A stretch of DNA of 64,000 nucleotides from Patescibacteria group bacterium (GTDB taxonomy: Bacteria > Patescibacteriota > Microgenomatia > UBA8517): NCBI GenBank assembly GCA_041742135.1, contig JBGSJG010000008.1:32518-96517 (forward strand), read 5' to 3'. Positions within the stretch are counted from its first letter, which is position 1; each line of letters opens with the position of its first letter. Below, one piece after another: positions 9,009 to 18,007 of this stretch. The position numbers and the translations under genes are program-made. The notes below the pieces were generated by a model that was not told where the DNA came from, ran no database searches, and saw only the letters and a list, made by a program, of their open reading frames with translations.

Positions 9009-9898
9009 AAAATAAGCCATCGTTAACTGTCGCAATTCCAGCATACAACGAGGAAAAAAATATCGTGCGTTTACTTAGCGCTTTAGTGAATCAAACTGCT
9101 AAAAATTACAAATTAGACAGCATTTCTGTTTACTCGGATGGTAGTAGTGACAATACGGTTGCTTTAGTCAAAACGAACTTCCCAAACGTATTTGTATATA
9201 ATTTTCGCAAGAACTTGGGAAAAAATAGGCGTGTCAACCAAATGATGAAAAACAATAAAAGCGACATTCTGGTCCAGGTGGATGCTGATATCGAAATTTT
9301 AGACAACCGCGTTCTTGATCGTTTGGTTTGTGCGTTTGATGATAATCCAAGGATTGGTTTGGTTTGCGCGTACCATAAAGCTTTGGAACCACGAACACTA
9401 TTTGGCCGGCTTTCGTACTTTGGGTTTTTGGTATGGGACGAGGCACGAAGTAGGCTTGGGGAAAAAGGCATTCGCTATTATTGCGAGGGCGGCATGCGAG
9501 CATTTTCGCGAAGCTTTACAAAAGTGTTTCGTCTTCCTTTGGATCGCCATGTTGGTGAAGATAGTTACAGTTTCTATTTCGCTGTTGCCAACGGATTTGT
9601 GGTAGTTGCTGCTGAAAAAGCAGTTGTTTATATAAAACTTGCCGACAATGTACACGACTACGTACACCAGATGAAGCGGTTTTTAAAAGACCCGCAAATG
9701 GTTCGGGAGACTTTTGACAAGAATCTTGAAGCCAAGTACGAGATTATGTCTTCCGGTATAAAATTCAAAGCTCTGCTAAATCAATTAGCGAAAGATCCGA
9801 TTTCGGGAGTAGGATATTTCATTTTGCAATCTGCTACAAAATTAATGGCAATCAACTATAGTCCCGAAAAGAAATGGCAACCAATTGAAAGAAAATAA
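8993..9898 (+). CDS. GT2 family glycosyltransferase
   Basis: LTVAIPAYNEEKNIVRLLSAL...YSDGSSDNT...VQVDADIEIL; typical GT-A N-terminus with DxD. Confidence 0.7.
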   Translation: MEQNMKNKPSLTVAIPAYNEEKNIVRLLSALVNQTAKNYKLDSISVYSDGSSDNTVALVKTNFPNVFVYNFRKNLGKNRRVNQMMKNNKSDILVQVDADIEILDNRVLDRLVCAFDDNPRIGLVCAYHKALEPRTLFGRLSYFGFLVWDEARSRLGEKGIRYYCEGGMRAFSRSFTKVFRLPLDRHVGEDSYSFYFAVANGFVVVAAEKAVVYIKLADNVHDYVHQMKRFLKDPQMVRETFDKNLEAKYEIMSSGIKFKALLNQLAKDPISGVGYFILQSATKLMAINYSPEKKWQPIERK

Positions 9899-11774
9899 AA
9901 TGAACAACATGTCATACAGATTGTTTCTGACTGTCTTAAAAATACTAGGCTCAGTGCGAAATTTTGGCCTGAATCAACACAGAGGTCGTAAGTTGATTTT
10001 GTGTTATCACGACATCAGTAATAAAAAGTGGGCTTTTTCAGTTACGAAAAAAGAATTTGAAAAACAAATGAAATATTTGGCTGATAATTTTTCAGTCGTG
10101 AGTCTTGATGAGATTTTAAAAAATGACAAACCAAAAACTGACCAGATAGCAATAACTTTTGATGATGGTTACGTGGGTGTTATTAAACATGCTTTTCCGG
10201 TTATGAAAAAATTAGGAATAGTAGGGACTGTATTTGCAGTAGGGAAGACTGACATAAGCACTCAAACTGGCTATAAGGGCGAGCTATTAAGTAGCCACCA
10301 GCTTCGACGTCTTAAAAAAGCTGGCTGGGAAATTGGCTGGCATAGCAGATCTCACCAGAATCTTAATTTACTGGGCAGACGTGATTTACTTAGAGAAATC
10401 GGCACTAAGTCAAAATCTGTGCGCTACTTTGCGTATCCGTTTGGGTCGTATGATTTTTATGTATCGGAGATGGTTAAAAAAATCGGTTATACAAGCGCTT
10501 TTAGCGTCGACGGGAAAGCTGTAAATACTGATGGTTTTAGTGTCTCACGAATTACTGTTAGTAGTGGTATTAAGGGGATCGGGTTTGCCGGCCTGCTATG
10601 CCCGGCTGGAGTTTTGTTTAATGGCTTGTTTACTTCTTTTTGGCGAAAGCTGGATAATTTTAGAAACACAAGCTGTGGCACGTCCATTGTGATTTCAAGT
10701 TATGAAGATGTTAAGAACCCTAATTATGGTGGTGGAGGTGCTCGCGCTATACACGAAATGGCAAAAAGAATTTCACTAAACTTTAGAGTTAAAGTAATAA
10801 GTTGGAATCACTCGGGAGTTAAGAAGGAATTAATTGACAATGTCTACTACGAGCATATAGGATTTAAACGAATTAATCCAAAACTTGCACAGGTTGTTTT
10901 TGCAACACTGTTGCCATTTTTGGTAGTAACACAGCGGTTTGCGGTGTGGATTGAAAGTTTTGGTCCACCGTTCACTACCGCCTTTTTACCACTTTTTGGA
11001 CGTAAAAACATTGTTGGCGTGATGCACATGTTTGCAGCGGCTGAAATGAAGAGAAAATATAAATTGCCGTTCGGGTTAATTGAAAAGATGGGACTCCGGA
11101 TGTATAAGAACATTATTGCCACGAGCAGCGCTTTTGAGCATAAAATTCACCAAATTTCTCCGAATTCAAAGATCGCGATAATCGAAAACGGAGTAGAAAA
11201 GGTAAAGGCTCACACCGGAAAAAGAAAGAAGCAAATCTTATTTTTAGGCAGACTAGAAGTGGAACAAAAGGGCCTTGATCTTCTTGTGGAAGGCTTTAAA
11301 AAGTTTTCTAATACAAAGCAGGGGGAGGGCTACAAATTAATTTTTGCTGGCAACGGTACTCCAAATGAATTTAATAAACTAAAGCACTTGGTGCGCGAGG
11401 CGGGAATTAGAAAATCTGTTATTTTTGCAGGGAGGGTCGAAGGTAAACAAAAAGAGAAATTGTTTGAATCATCTAAGTGCATGATAGTATCCTCAAGATT
11501 TGAAACCTTCGGCATGGTCGCTTTGGAAGCTATGGCATATGGCCTACCTGTTATTGCATTTGATATCGACGGGCTTACGTGGACACCTAAAGACGCGGTG
11601 GTTAAAGTACCACCTTTTGACACAGACGCCTTAGCTCAAGCGGTCGAAAACATTGTTGATGAAAGTATGGCCAAAGTTGTAACTCAAAAAGGGATCAATT
11701 TTGCGAGAAAATTTACTTGGGAGAAAATTGCGATTAAGTATGAATCATATTTGGGTGAGTTCGTTTATCAGTAA
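9885..11774 (+). CDS. Fusion: NodB-type polysaccharide deacetylase (N-terminal) + GT4 glycosyltransferase (C-terminal)
   Basis: N-terminal IAITFDDGYVGVIKHAFPVMKKLGIVGTVFAV (NodB motif 1, nt ~10147) and WEIGWHSRSHQNL. C-terminal GT4 core FETFGMVALEAMAYGLPVIAFDIDGL. Confidence 0.7.
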   Translation: MKENKMNNMSYRLFLTVLKILGSVRNFGLNQHRGRKLILCYHDISNKKWAFSVTKKEFEKQMKYLADNFSVVSLDEILKNDKPKTDQIAITFDDGYVGVIKHAFPVMKKLGIVGTVFAVGKTDISTQTGYKGELLSSHQLRRLKKAGWEIGWHSRSHQNLNLLGRRDLLREIGTKSKSVRYFAYPFGSYDFYVSEMVKKIGYTSAFSVDGKAVNTDGFSVSRITVSSGIKGIGFAGLLCPAGVLFNGLFTSFWRKLDNFRNTSCGTSIVISSYEDVKNPNYGGGGARAIHEMAKRISLNFRVKVISWNHSGVKKELIDNVYYEHIGFKRINPKLAQVVFATLLPFLVVTQRFAVWIESFGPPFTTAFLPLFGRKNIVGVMHMFAAAEMKRKYKLPFGLIEKMGLRMYKNIIATSSAFEHKIHQISPNSKIAIIENGVEKVKAHTGKRKKQILFLGRLEVEQKGLDLLVEGFKKFSNTKQGEGYKLIFAGNGTPNEFNKLKHLVREAGIRKSVIFAGRVEGKQKEKLFESSKCMIVSSRFETFGMVALEAMAYGLPVIAFDIDGLTWTPKDAVVKVPPFDTDALAQAVENIVDESMAKVVTQKGINFARKFTWEKIAIKYESYLGEFVYQ

Positions 11775-11778
11775 AACT

Positions 11779-12525
11779 ATGCTGAAAATGTTTCAAATAC
11801 TAAAAAACAAAAGGATTTACATCATTTCTCCCCATCAGGACGATGCAGTACTTTCGTGTGGTGGACTCATGGCGCAGCTTTCAGGCAAAGCTGATATTAC
11901 TGTCGTTAATTTATTCACAAACGGAAACAAAGGACCTTACACCCTTTCTGCCAAAAGGTTTTTGAATATGTTAAAAGAACCTGATGCCGTTAGGCTTTTT
12001 GAGAAACGCAAACTTGAAGATAAAACGGTTTTGACTAAACTGAAGGCAAAAATTATTAATTTGGATCTAGAAGATGCTATGTTCAGACGCAAGAATGTAA
12101 GTGTTATTGGTAAGATAGTGCCTGAATTTGATCATGTATACCCCACCTACAGATGGCATTTTTCAAAAGGGATTTCTAAAATTGATTACGCATTAGCAGA
12201 TGTGGAAGAAAGGCTTAAAAAAATAGTTAAAAGTGATGATATTGTGCTAGCGCCTTACGGTATCGGCGGACACGTTGACCACATGATTGCCAGAAGAGTG
12301 TGCGAAAAAAATTTCAAAAGTGTGATTCTTTACTCAGACTTTCCATACAACGTTCGCACTAGTTACTTCGGTACCAAGGGTAGGAATTTCGACAGATTTA
12401 TTCTTAAGCCAGATTTATCAGCAAAGGAAAAGCTTGTAAAGATGTATGAAACACAATTTTTGGGATTGTTTCCTGACACGACATTACCGTCACACGAGGA
12501 GATTTATTTTATTAAGAAAAAATAA
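11779..12525 (+). CDS. LmbE/PIG-L family N-acetylglucosaminyl deacetylase
   Basis: IYIISPHQDDAVLSCGG (PIG-L signature) and HVDH. The start is reassigned to the ATG at 11779, just after the upstream stop at 11774; the track ORF starts at 11701 inside the upstream gene. Confidence 0.7.
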   Translation: MLKMFQILKNKRIYIISPHQDDAVLSCGGLMAQLSGKADITVVNLFTNGNKGPYTLSAKRFLNMLKEPDAVRLFEKRKLEDKTVLTKLKAKIINLDLEDAMFRRKNVSVIGKIVPEFDHVYPTYRWHFSKGISKIDYALADVEERLKKIVKSDDIVLAPYGIGGHVDHMIARRVCEKNFKSVILYSDFPYNVRTSYFGTKGRNFDRFILKPDLSAKEKLVKMYETQFLGLFPDTTLPSHEEIYFIKKK

Positions 12526-14009
12526 TGTTAAAAATTTTTGAAAAATACGCCTTCGCAATTTTTGTAGTTGTAGCAGTGATGCTTTATGGGTTGACCATTC
12601 GCGGCGCTGTCGGCGTACCAGATGAGCGTGATGTGACGTATGGGCAAATAGACTCTGGCGAGCCGTTCGAGACTTCTCAGGAAAGATCTAGATATGCGAT
12701 TATTTTAGCTCTTTACCACCATGGAGCATTTAATGTTGATGCATTTCCTCAAATGGGAACTCCGGACGTTGGTTTTATAAACGGACATTACTTTTCGTTT
12801 TTTCCGCCCACCGTTTCTATTTTTGCCTTGCCGCTTTATCACATAGGTCTAAAAATTGGGGCCACTCAGTTGATGGTGTTTCTTATTTCAACAGTTTTTG
12901 CTTTAGCTACAGGTGTATTGATCTATAAATACGCCCAGAAATTAGGCCTATCAAATATAAAGTCTGTTTTAATTGCTTACTCCTTTCTGTTTGCTACAAA
13001 TGCATGGGGATATTCGGTGACACTTTATGCACATTTGATTTCAGCGTTTTTCGTTTTAGCTGGTGTTTATGTCTTGCAATTTTCAAAAGAAGGGGCGTTG
13101 AAGGGTGCATTAATTTGGTTGTTTTACGCCTTCGCTGTTTTTGTTGATTTTCCTAACATTTTTATTTATTTCCCTATCGCATTGATTTATAGCTTGAGGG
13201 GGATATCTATTCGGGAAGCAAACAATAAGCTTAAAATTCGTATCAGCTTTATTCAAATTTTAACACCGCTAATTTTCTTTGCCGGCGTAGTTTTGTATGG
13301 ATACTATAATTATACTCAGTTCGGAAGCCCTACAATTTTAAGCAATAACCTGCCTCGCGTGCGAAATCTCAATATAATAGCCGAAGCAGCTCCGGAGCTT
13401 GGGCGTAATGTGACAGGGGCGTTAAACACCAGAATGTTGTTGAATGGCTATTACACTTTTATCGCAAGCATAGATCGAGGAGCGTTGTTTTATACGCCGA
13501 TAGTACTATTATGTTTGTTCGGATTTATCAAACTCAGAAAAAAGTACTCTGAACATATTCAGGTTATGAGTGCAGTGCCGCTTGTGTGCCTAACTTTGTA
13601 TTCAATGTTTTCAGACCCATATGGCGGTTGGGCATTCGGCTCACGCTACATGATCGTAGCTTACCCATATCTATTGCTTTTGGGTGGCGCTTGGTTTGCT
13701 AATTCTAAAAGCATACTAACAAAAATTATCTTTTCTATTGTGTTTATTTATAGCGTAGGGGTTTCTCTTTTGGCGCCTTTAACTACAAACGTTATTCCAC
13801 CACAAGTTGAAGCAAATAGTTTAGGGCTTTCTTATACTTATGCAGTTAACATGAGAATGCTTCTTGATAATAAGTTAAATTCGTTTGTTTATAACTCATT
13901 TTTAGAAGAAAAATATTCAGCTCTAGAGTACTACGCCGCTATTTTTGCTACAGTTGCAATTTTTGGATTGTTATTGATATGGGTAAAAGGAGATAAAAAA
14001 TGGAAATAA
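12525..14009 (+). CDS. Multi-pass integral membrane protein, possible GT-C glycosyltransferase (unclassified)
   Basis: About 12 hydrophobic segments. Acidic loop motif GVPDERDVTYG after TM1. ATGA-type overlap with the upstream gene. Confidence 0.35.
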   Translation: MLKIFEKYAFAIFVVVAVMLYGLTIRGAVGVPDERDVTYGQIDSGEPFETSQERSRYAIILALYHHGAFNVDAFPQMGTPDVGFINGHYFSFFPPTVSIFALPLYHIGLKIGATQLMVFLISTVFALATGVLIYKYAQKLGLSNIKSVLIAYSFLFATNAWGYSVTLYAHLISAFFVLAGVYVLQFSKEGALKGALIWLFYAFAVFVDFPNIFIYFPIALIYSLRGISIREANNKLKIRISFIQILTPLIFFAGVVLYGYYNYTQFGSPTILSNNLPRVRNLNIIAEAAPELGRNVTGALNTRMLLNGYYTFIASIDRGALFYTPIVLLCLFGFIKLRKKYSEHIQVMSAVPLVCLTLYSMFSDPYGGWAFGSRYMIVAYPYLLLLGGAWFANSKSILTKIIFSIVFIYSVGVSLLAPLTTNVIPPQVEANSLGLSYTYAVNMRMLLDNKLNSFVYNSFLEEKYSALEYYAAIFATVAIFGLLLIWVKGDKKWK

Positions 14010-15604
14010 GTATTTCGAAAACAAGAATAAATAACTTACTAAAGATATTTGAAAAAAGGGCAGCCTTATATATCGTTATAGTGCTCGGACTCCTCGCCAT
14101 CTTTGCTTGGTACGGACTGTATGAAAACGGCTTAGGCCTTGCCTATAACGATGCCAGAAGCCATTTGAGTATTGGGCGCCGTGTGGTGGAAGGGTTGAAG
14201 CCAGGTTTGGCACAAATTGGTTCAGTTTGGCTCCCCTTGACTCACTTACTCATGATACCTACGGTGTGGAACGATTTTATGTGGCATTCTGGTCTTTCCG
14301 GAGCTATACAATCAATGTTTTCCTTTACAGCCACAGGAGTTTTAGTCTATCTTTTTCTCAAAGAACTTAAGGTTGGTTTACTGGCTAGGATCTTCGGGGT
14401 GTTTTTGTTTGTTGCCAATCTTAATGTTTTGTATTTACAGTCTACCGCGATGACAGAACTGTTACTTCTCGCGACCATGACTGCTGGGGCTTACTATCTA
14501 CTTGTGTGGGCGAAGGGAGATAATTTAGTAGACATCCTCAAGTCAGCAGGCTTTATAATGCTTTCAACTTTAATTCGATACGATGGTTGGTTTTTGATTT
14601 TTTACTCCACGATTGTTGTTGCTTTTCTTGCGTTTCGTAAAACAGGTTATAAAGGCATGGAGGGGATAGCTATTTTATTTGCAACCCTTGGGGGAGTTGG
14701 AATATTTCTGTGGGTTATATGGAATCTGTTAATATTCGGCGACCCACTATACTTTGCTTTCGGCCCTTTTTCCGCCCACGCCCAACAATCTCAATTATTG
14801 GCTGCCGGAGAGTTGCCAACCAAAGGAAATTTGCTTCTTTCAATTAAAGTATATGTTTACGCATTCTTTTACAATTCATACACTTTGCCTGCGATATTTG
14901 GGCTTATTGGTGCGTTCGCACTCTGGTTTAATCGCGAAGTTTCATCAAGGGTAAAAATCGCATCTACCGCTCTGATGGCGCCTTTTATGTTCAATGTGCT
15001 AGCCTTGTATTTGGGACATTCTGTTCTTTTCGTTCAGGGCATTTCCGGAAACACTTGGTTTAATGTGCGCTATGGGATTATGTTAGCTCCGTCCGTCGCC
15101 ATTTTTGCAGCCTACTTGGCGGATTCATTAAAGCGTTTCCGTTATGTAATCATCGGTGTTTGTCTTTTTGTTCTCTTCTTTGCTTTTGGCGCAGGAGATG
15201 CGGTTACAATCGACGATGCTACTGTTGGCTCAAGCCAGAAAAACGTATCAGAGGTTTCAGGGTGGCTTAATAAAAATATCAAAGACAAAGAAGGCTTTGT
15301 GCTGATTTCAGCTGCTTCTCACGATGCGATAATTTTTTCCTCTGGTCTTCCTATGAAGCGATTTATTCACGAAGGAACAGGTGCTTATTGGGAAAGCGCA
15401 GTAGGTTCTCCGGACCGATGGGCTCGTTGGATAGTTATGCGAACACATGACCAAAACGATCTCGTGTTTAAGCTAATCCAAAAAGAAGCTCTAGAAAAAT
15501 ATTACGTACTAGTAGATCATTATCCGTTCGCAGATATTTATGAGTTGAAAGAAGAAAAATTACCCGAACTTATAACCGAGCCCATTTTTGGTAAGCAAAA
15601 ATAA
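14000..15604 (+). CDS. Multi-pass integral membrane protein with C-terminal soluble domain, possible GT-C glycosyltransferase (unclassified)
   Basis: About 11 TM segments. Loop motif LAYNDARSHL after TM1. C-terminal ~130 aa is hydrophilic. Confidence 0.35.
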   Translation: MEISISKTRINNLLKIFEKRAALYIVIVLGLLAIFAWYGLYENGLGLAYNDARSHLSIGRRVVEGLKPGLAQIGSVWLPLTHLLMIPTVWNDFMWHSGLSGAIQSMFSFTATGVLVYLFLKELKVGLLARIFGVFLFVANLNVLYLQSTAMTELLLLATMTAGAYYLLVWAKGDNLVDILKSAGFIMLSTLIRYDGWFLIFYSTIVVAFLAFRKTGYKGMEGIAILFATLGGVGIFLWVIWNLLIFGDPLYFAFGPFSAHAQQSQLLAAGELPTKGNLLLSIKVYVYAFFYNSYTLPAIFGLIGAFALWFNREVSSRVKIASTALMAPFMFNVLALYLGHSVLFVQGISGNTWFNVRYGIMLAPSVAIFAAYLADSLKRFRYVIIGVCLFVLFFAFGAGDAVTIDDATVGSSQKNVSEVSGWLNKNIKDKEGFVLISAASHDAIIFSSGLPMKRFIHEGTGAYWESAVGSPDRWARWIVMRTHDQNDLVFKLIQKEALEKYYVLVDHYPFADIYELKEEKLPELITEPIFGKQK

Positions 15605-15618
15605 AGGTACAATCTTAT

Positions 15619-16842
15619 ATGAAGAAAATTATATTTAGTTTAATACTTGTATTGCTAAGTTTAGCAACAGCCTCTGGTGTTTACGCTAGCGACAATTGGT
15701 GGCAGATTCAATCTGTTGATACCATGAAATACTCGCGTGATTTGGCAGGGGAGAAATTGAATGACCCTTCATTTGACTCAGAAATTGATTTTCAGGTAAA
15801 AAACATCAAAGAGCTTGGTGCAACACATGTCGCCATCGGCACACCGTACGACTCTGAATTCACGCCATTTTTGGAGCGCTGGGTTTTGGCCGCAAGGAAA
15901 TACGATTTAAAAGTCTGGTTTCGAGGCAATTTTTCTGGCTGGGAAGGTTGGTTTGGAAGAAGAAAAATTACCCCCGAAGAGCACACCGAGCGTTTAGGTG
16001 AGCTTATATTGGATAACCCTGATTTGTTTGAAGATGGAGATATTTTTTCAAGCTGCCCCGAGTGTGAAAATGGAGCCATGGGAGACCCTCGAAACACTGG
16101 AAAGCTTACGGAGTTTAGGAATTTCCTAATTACTCAGAAGTCTGTGGCAGATGATGCATTTTCCAGAATTGGCAAAGACGTCTCAGCTGGTTACTTTTCA
16201 ATGAATGGTGACGTAGCCGAGCTTGTAATGGACCCAACAACTACCAAAGCCTTGGGGGGTGTTGTCGTGGTAGATCATTATGTAGCAACGCCGAGGCAAT
16301 TAGTTGATGATATCCAAAGGTACAGAGAAAAATCGCAAGGGCAGATTATGCTCGGGGAATTCGGTGCACCAATTCCGGACATTCACGGGCAAATATCGCT
16401 TGAACAGCAAGCTGCTTGGGTGCGAGAAGCCTTGACTTTGTTAGCTCAAGAAGATGGTGTTGTGGGAGTTAACTACTGGGTTTTTATGGGGGGGTCAACG
16501 GGTTTATGGAGCGAAAATGGCAATAGTAGGCCAGTAGCAAATAGCCTGTCTGATTTTTATAAGCCTTCGAGCTTTAGCGTAAAAGTTTCAGACGAGCTAG
16601 GTAGGGGGATTAAAGAAGCTAAAGTTCAAGTAGGGCAAAACACATACAGTCCCGCTAGCAATGGTGTAATTAGGGCTCTTAAAGTACCCGGAGTTGAGGA
16701 GATGACTGTATATGCAAAAGGGTATAAAAGCTATACGCAAAAAATTATTAATCCCGAAAACACCGATCAAATAGTACTTAGTTCTGAACGAAGCAACTTA
16801 TTGCTCAGAATCATTAAATTTTTGCGCAGTATCTTCATTTAG
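15619..16842 (+). CDS. Secreted putative glycoside hydrolase (TIM-barrel, GH5-like) with C-terminal CarboxypepD_reg-like beta domain
   Basis: Signal peptide MKKIIFSLILVLLSLATASGVYA. Nucleophile-like MLGEFGAP motif. C-terminal KVSDELGRGIKEAKVQVGQNTY... Confidence 0.4.
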   Translation: MKKIIFSLILVLLSLATASGVYASDNWWQIQSVDTMKYSRDLAGEKLNDPSFDSEIDFQVKNIKELGATHVAIGTPYDSEFTPFLERWVLAARKYDLKVWFRGNFSGWEGWFGRRKITPEEHTERLGELILDNPDLFEDGDIFSSCPECENGAMGDPRNTGKLTEFRNFLITQKSVADDAFSRIGKDVSAGYFSMNGDVAELVMDPTTTKALGGVVVVDHYVATPRQLVDDIQRYREKSQGQIMLGEFGAPIPDIHGQISLEQQAAWVREALTLLAQEDGVVGVNYWVFMGGSTGLWSENGNSRPVANSLSDFYKPSSFSVKVSDELGRGIKEAKVQVGQNTYSPASNGVIRALKVPGVEEMTVYAKGYKSYTQKIINPENTDQIVLSSERSNLLLRIIKFLRSIFI

Positions 16843-16844
16843 AG

Positions 16845-16873
16845 TTGAAAAATTCTCTGAAAAGTTATATACT
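16845..16873 (+). promoter_or_regulatory. Sigma70-like promoter TTGAAA-17bp-TATACT upstream of the sortase-substrate gene
   Basis: TTGAAA at 16845-16850 and TATACT at 16868-16873, about 35 nt before the ATG at 16909. Confidence 0.45.
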
Positions 16874-16908
16874 CCTATAACTTATAACTATATTCTAAAT
16901 ATATCTGT

Positions 16909-17490
16909 ATGAATAAATTATTTTTGATATTGATAAGTATTTCAGTACTTCTTGTAAGTGCTTCACCTATTTTGGCGATTGATGCTGCGCCTAACTTTCC
17001 CTCGTGTGTAAACCCTCAAGGACAGCTGAAAGTTAGATACGAGAATGGAAAACATGCTGTTATTGGTCGTTCAAATTTAATCTCTGGTAAGGACGAAGTT
17101 TATTGGCTTGATAATGGAAATTTACTTCAGTGCTTATGTGAAGAGAATGGTGAGGGAACGCAAACAAATTGGTGGAAGGTAACTGGAATAACTCAAGAAG
17201 AAATTAACGCTTACAAATCGCAAGGCTGGATTTTTGTCCCAACTGGGTCAGATTGGGGTTTAATTAGCGATCCATATTTGGCAAAAAACTTTACCTACGG
17301 ATGTAAAGGCAATGATGGTGGATCAGGCGGAGGAGATTCAGGCATTGGTGGTGGTGGGACAAGCTCTGTTTTGGGTTTGGCTCAAACAGGAAACAATGCC
17401 ACGTACGTTGCTCTGTTTTCTTTGGGGATTAGCTTTGTTTTGGGTGGGGTTTTACTTCGTAGAAAGCGCCATGCGTCAGACCGCGTCTAA
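16909..17490 (+). CDS. Small secreted sortase-substrate protein (LAQTG sorting signal)
   Basis: N-terminal signal peptide. Gly/Ser-rich linker. C-terminal LAQTG, then hydrophobic stretch ATYVALFSLGISFVLGGVLL, then basic tail RRKRH: a classic tripartite cell-wall sorting signal. Confidence 0.65.
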   Translation: MNKLFLILISISVLLVSASPILAIDAAPNFPSCVNPQGQLKVRYENGKHAVIGRSNLISGKDEVYWLDNGNLLQCLCEENGEGTQTNWWKVTGITQEEINAYKSQGWIFVPTGSDWGLISDPYLAKNFTYGCKGNDGGSGGGDSGIGGGGTSSVLGLAQTGNNATYVALFSLGISFVLGGVLLRRKRHASDRV

Positions 17491-18007
17491 TCTACTTGTC
17501 CTCATAGGTATCGGAATACTTCTTGCAAGCATCTTTCTATTGTGGAAGCGAAATGACCCAGGTAGGCTTCAGTTTAGCGGTGAGTATGTCTCCGAAGTGA
17601 GAGTTGAAGATGAGCTTGCCGTGCCTACTGGGTTTGTTATAAAAGACATTGGGATTAGGCTTCCAGTGGTACCCGCAGAAAAAAGAGGGGATTATTGGGA
17701 AACTACACCGGATGGCGTTTCGTATTTGCTTAGCAGTGCTAAGCCTGGAGAAACAGGCAACAGCATATTTTATGGCCACAACTGGGGAAGTGTGCTGGGT
17801 AGTTTGTATAGGGCAAGGGTGGGCCAAACTGTCGAAGTGTATTTTTCAGATGGATCACAAAAACATTTTGAAATTTCACTTATACAAGAAGTTAAACCAG
17901 ACAATATTTCAGTCTTAGCCCAAACTGAGGATAGAAGAATCACAATTTATACTTGTAGTGGAATTTTGGATCAAAACAGATTTGTGGTCACTGCTGTTTT
18001 GATCTAG
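17471..18007 (+). CDS. Sortase (transpeptidase)
   Basis: FYGHNWG (catalytic His region) and ITIYTCSG (TLxTC catalytic Cys), with a single N-terminal TM. The start is reassigned to the ATG at 17471; the track ORF from 17312 runs through the upstream gene. Confidence 0.7.
   Translation: MRQTASNLLVLIGIGILLASIFLLWKRNDPGRLQFSGEYVSEVRVEDELAVPTGFVIKDIGIRLPVVPAEKRGDYWETTPDGVSYLLSSAKPGETGNSIFYGHNWGSVLGSLYRARVGQTVEVYFSDGSQKHFEISLIQEVKPDNISVLAQTEDRRITIYTCSGILDQNRFVVTAVLI

Noticed and set aside
16874-16895. Tandem TATAACT-TATAACT in the leader of the sortase-substrate gene, and several A/T-rich leaders elsewhere.
   Set aside because: Very short, in AT-rich leader sequence of a low-GC genome. It cannot be distinguished from chance composition without comparative data.
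17312-17470. Long N-terminal extension of the sortase ORF (track start 17312), and similar long 5' extensions of ORFs 11701, 30191, 37261, 42263, 42984, 51712 that run through the upstream gene.
   Set aside because: Each extension overlaps the 3' end of the preceding CDS in another frame. An internal ATG/TTG placed right at the upstream stop (often an ATGA or 8-20-nt overlap) gives a protein whose N-terminus matches its paralogs. Starts were reassigned accordingly.
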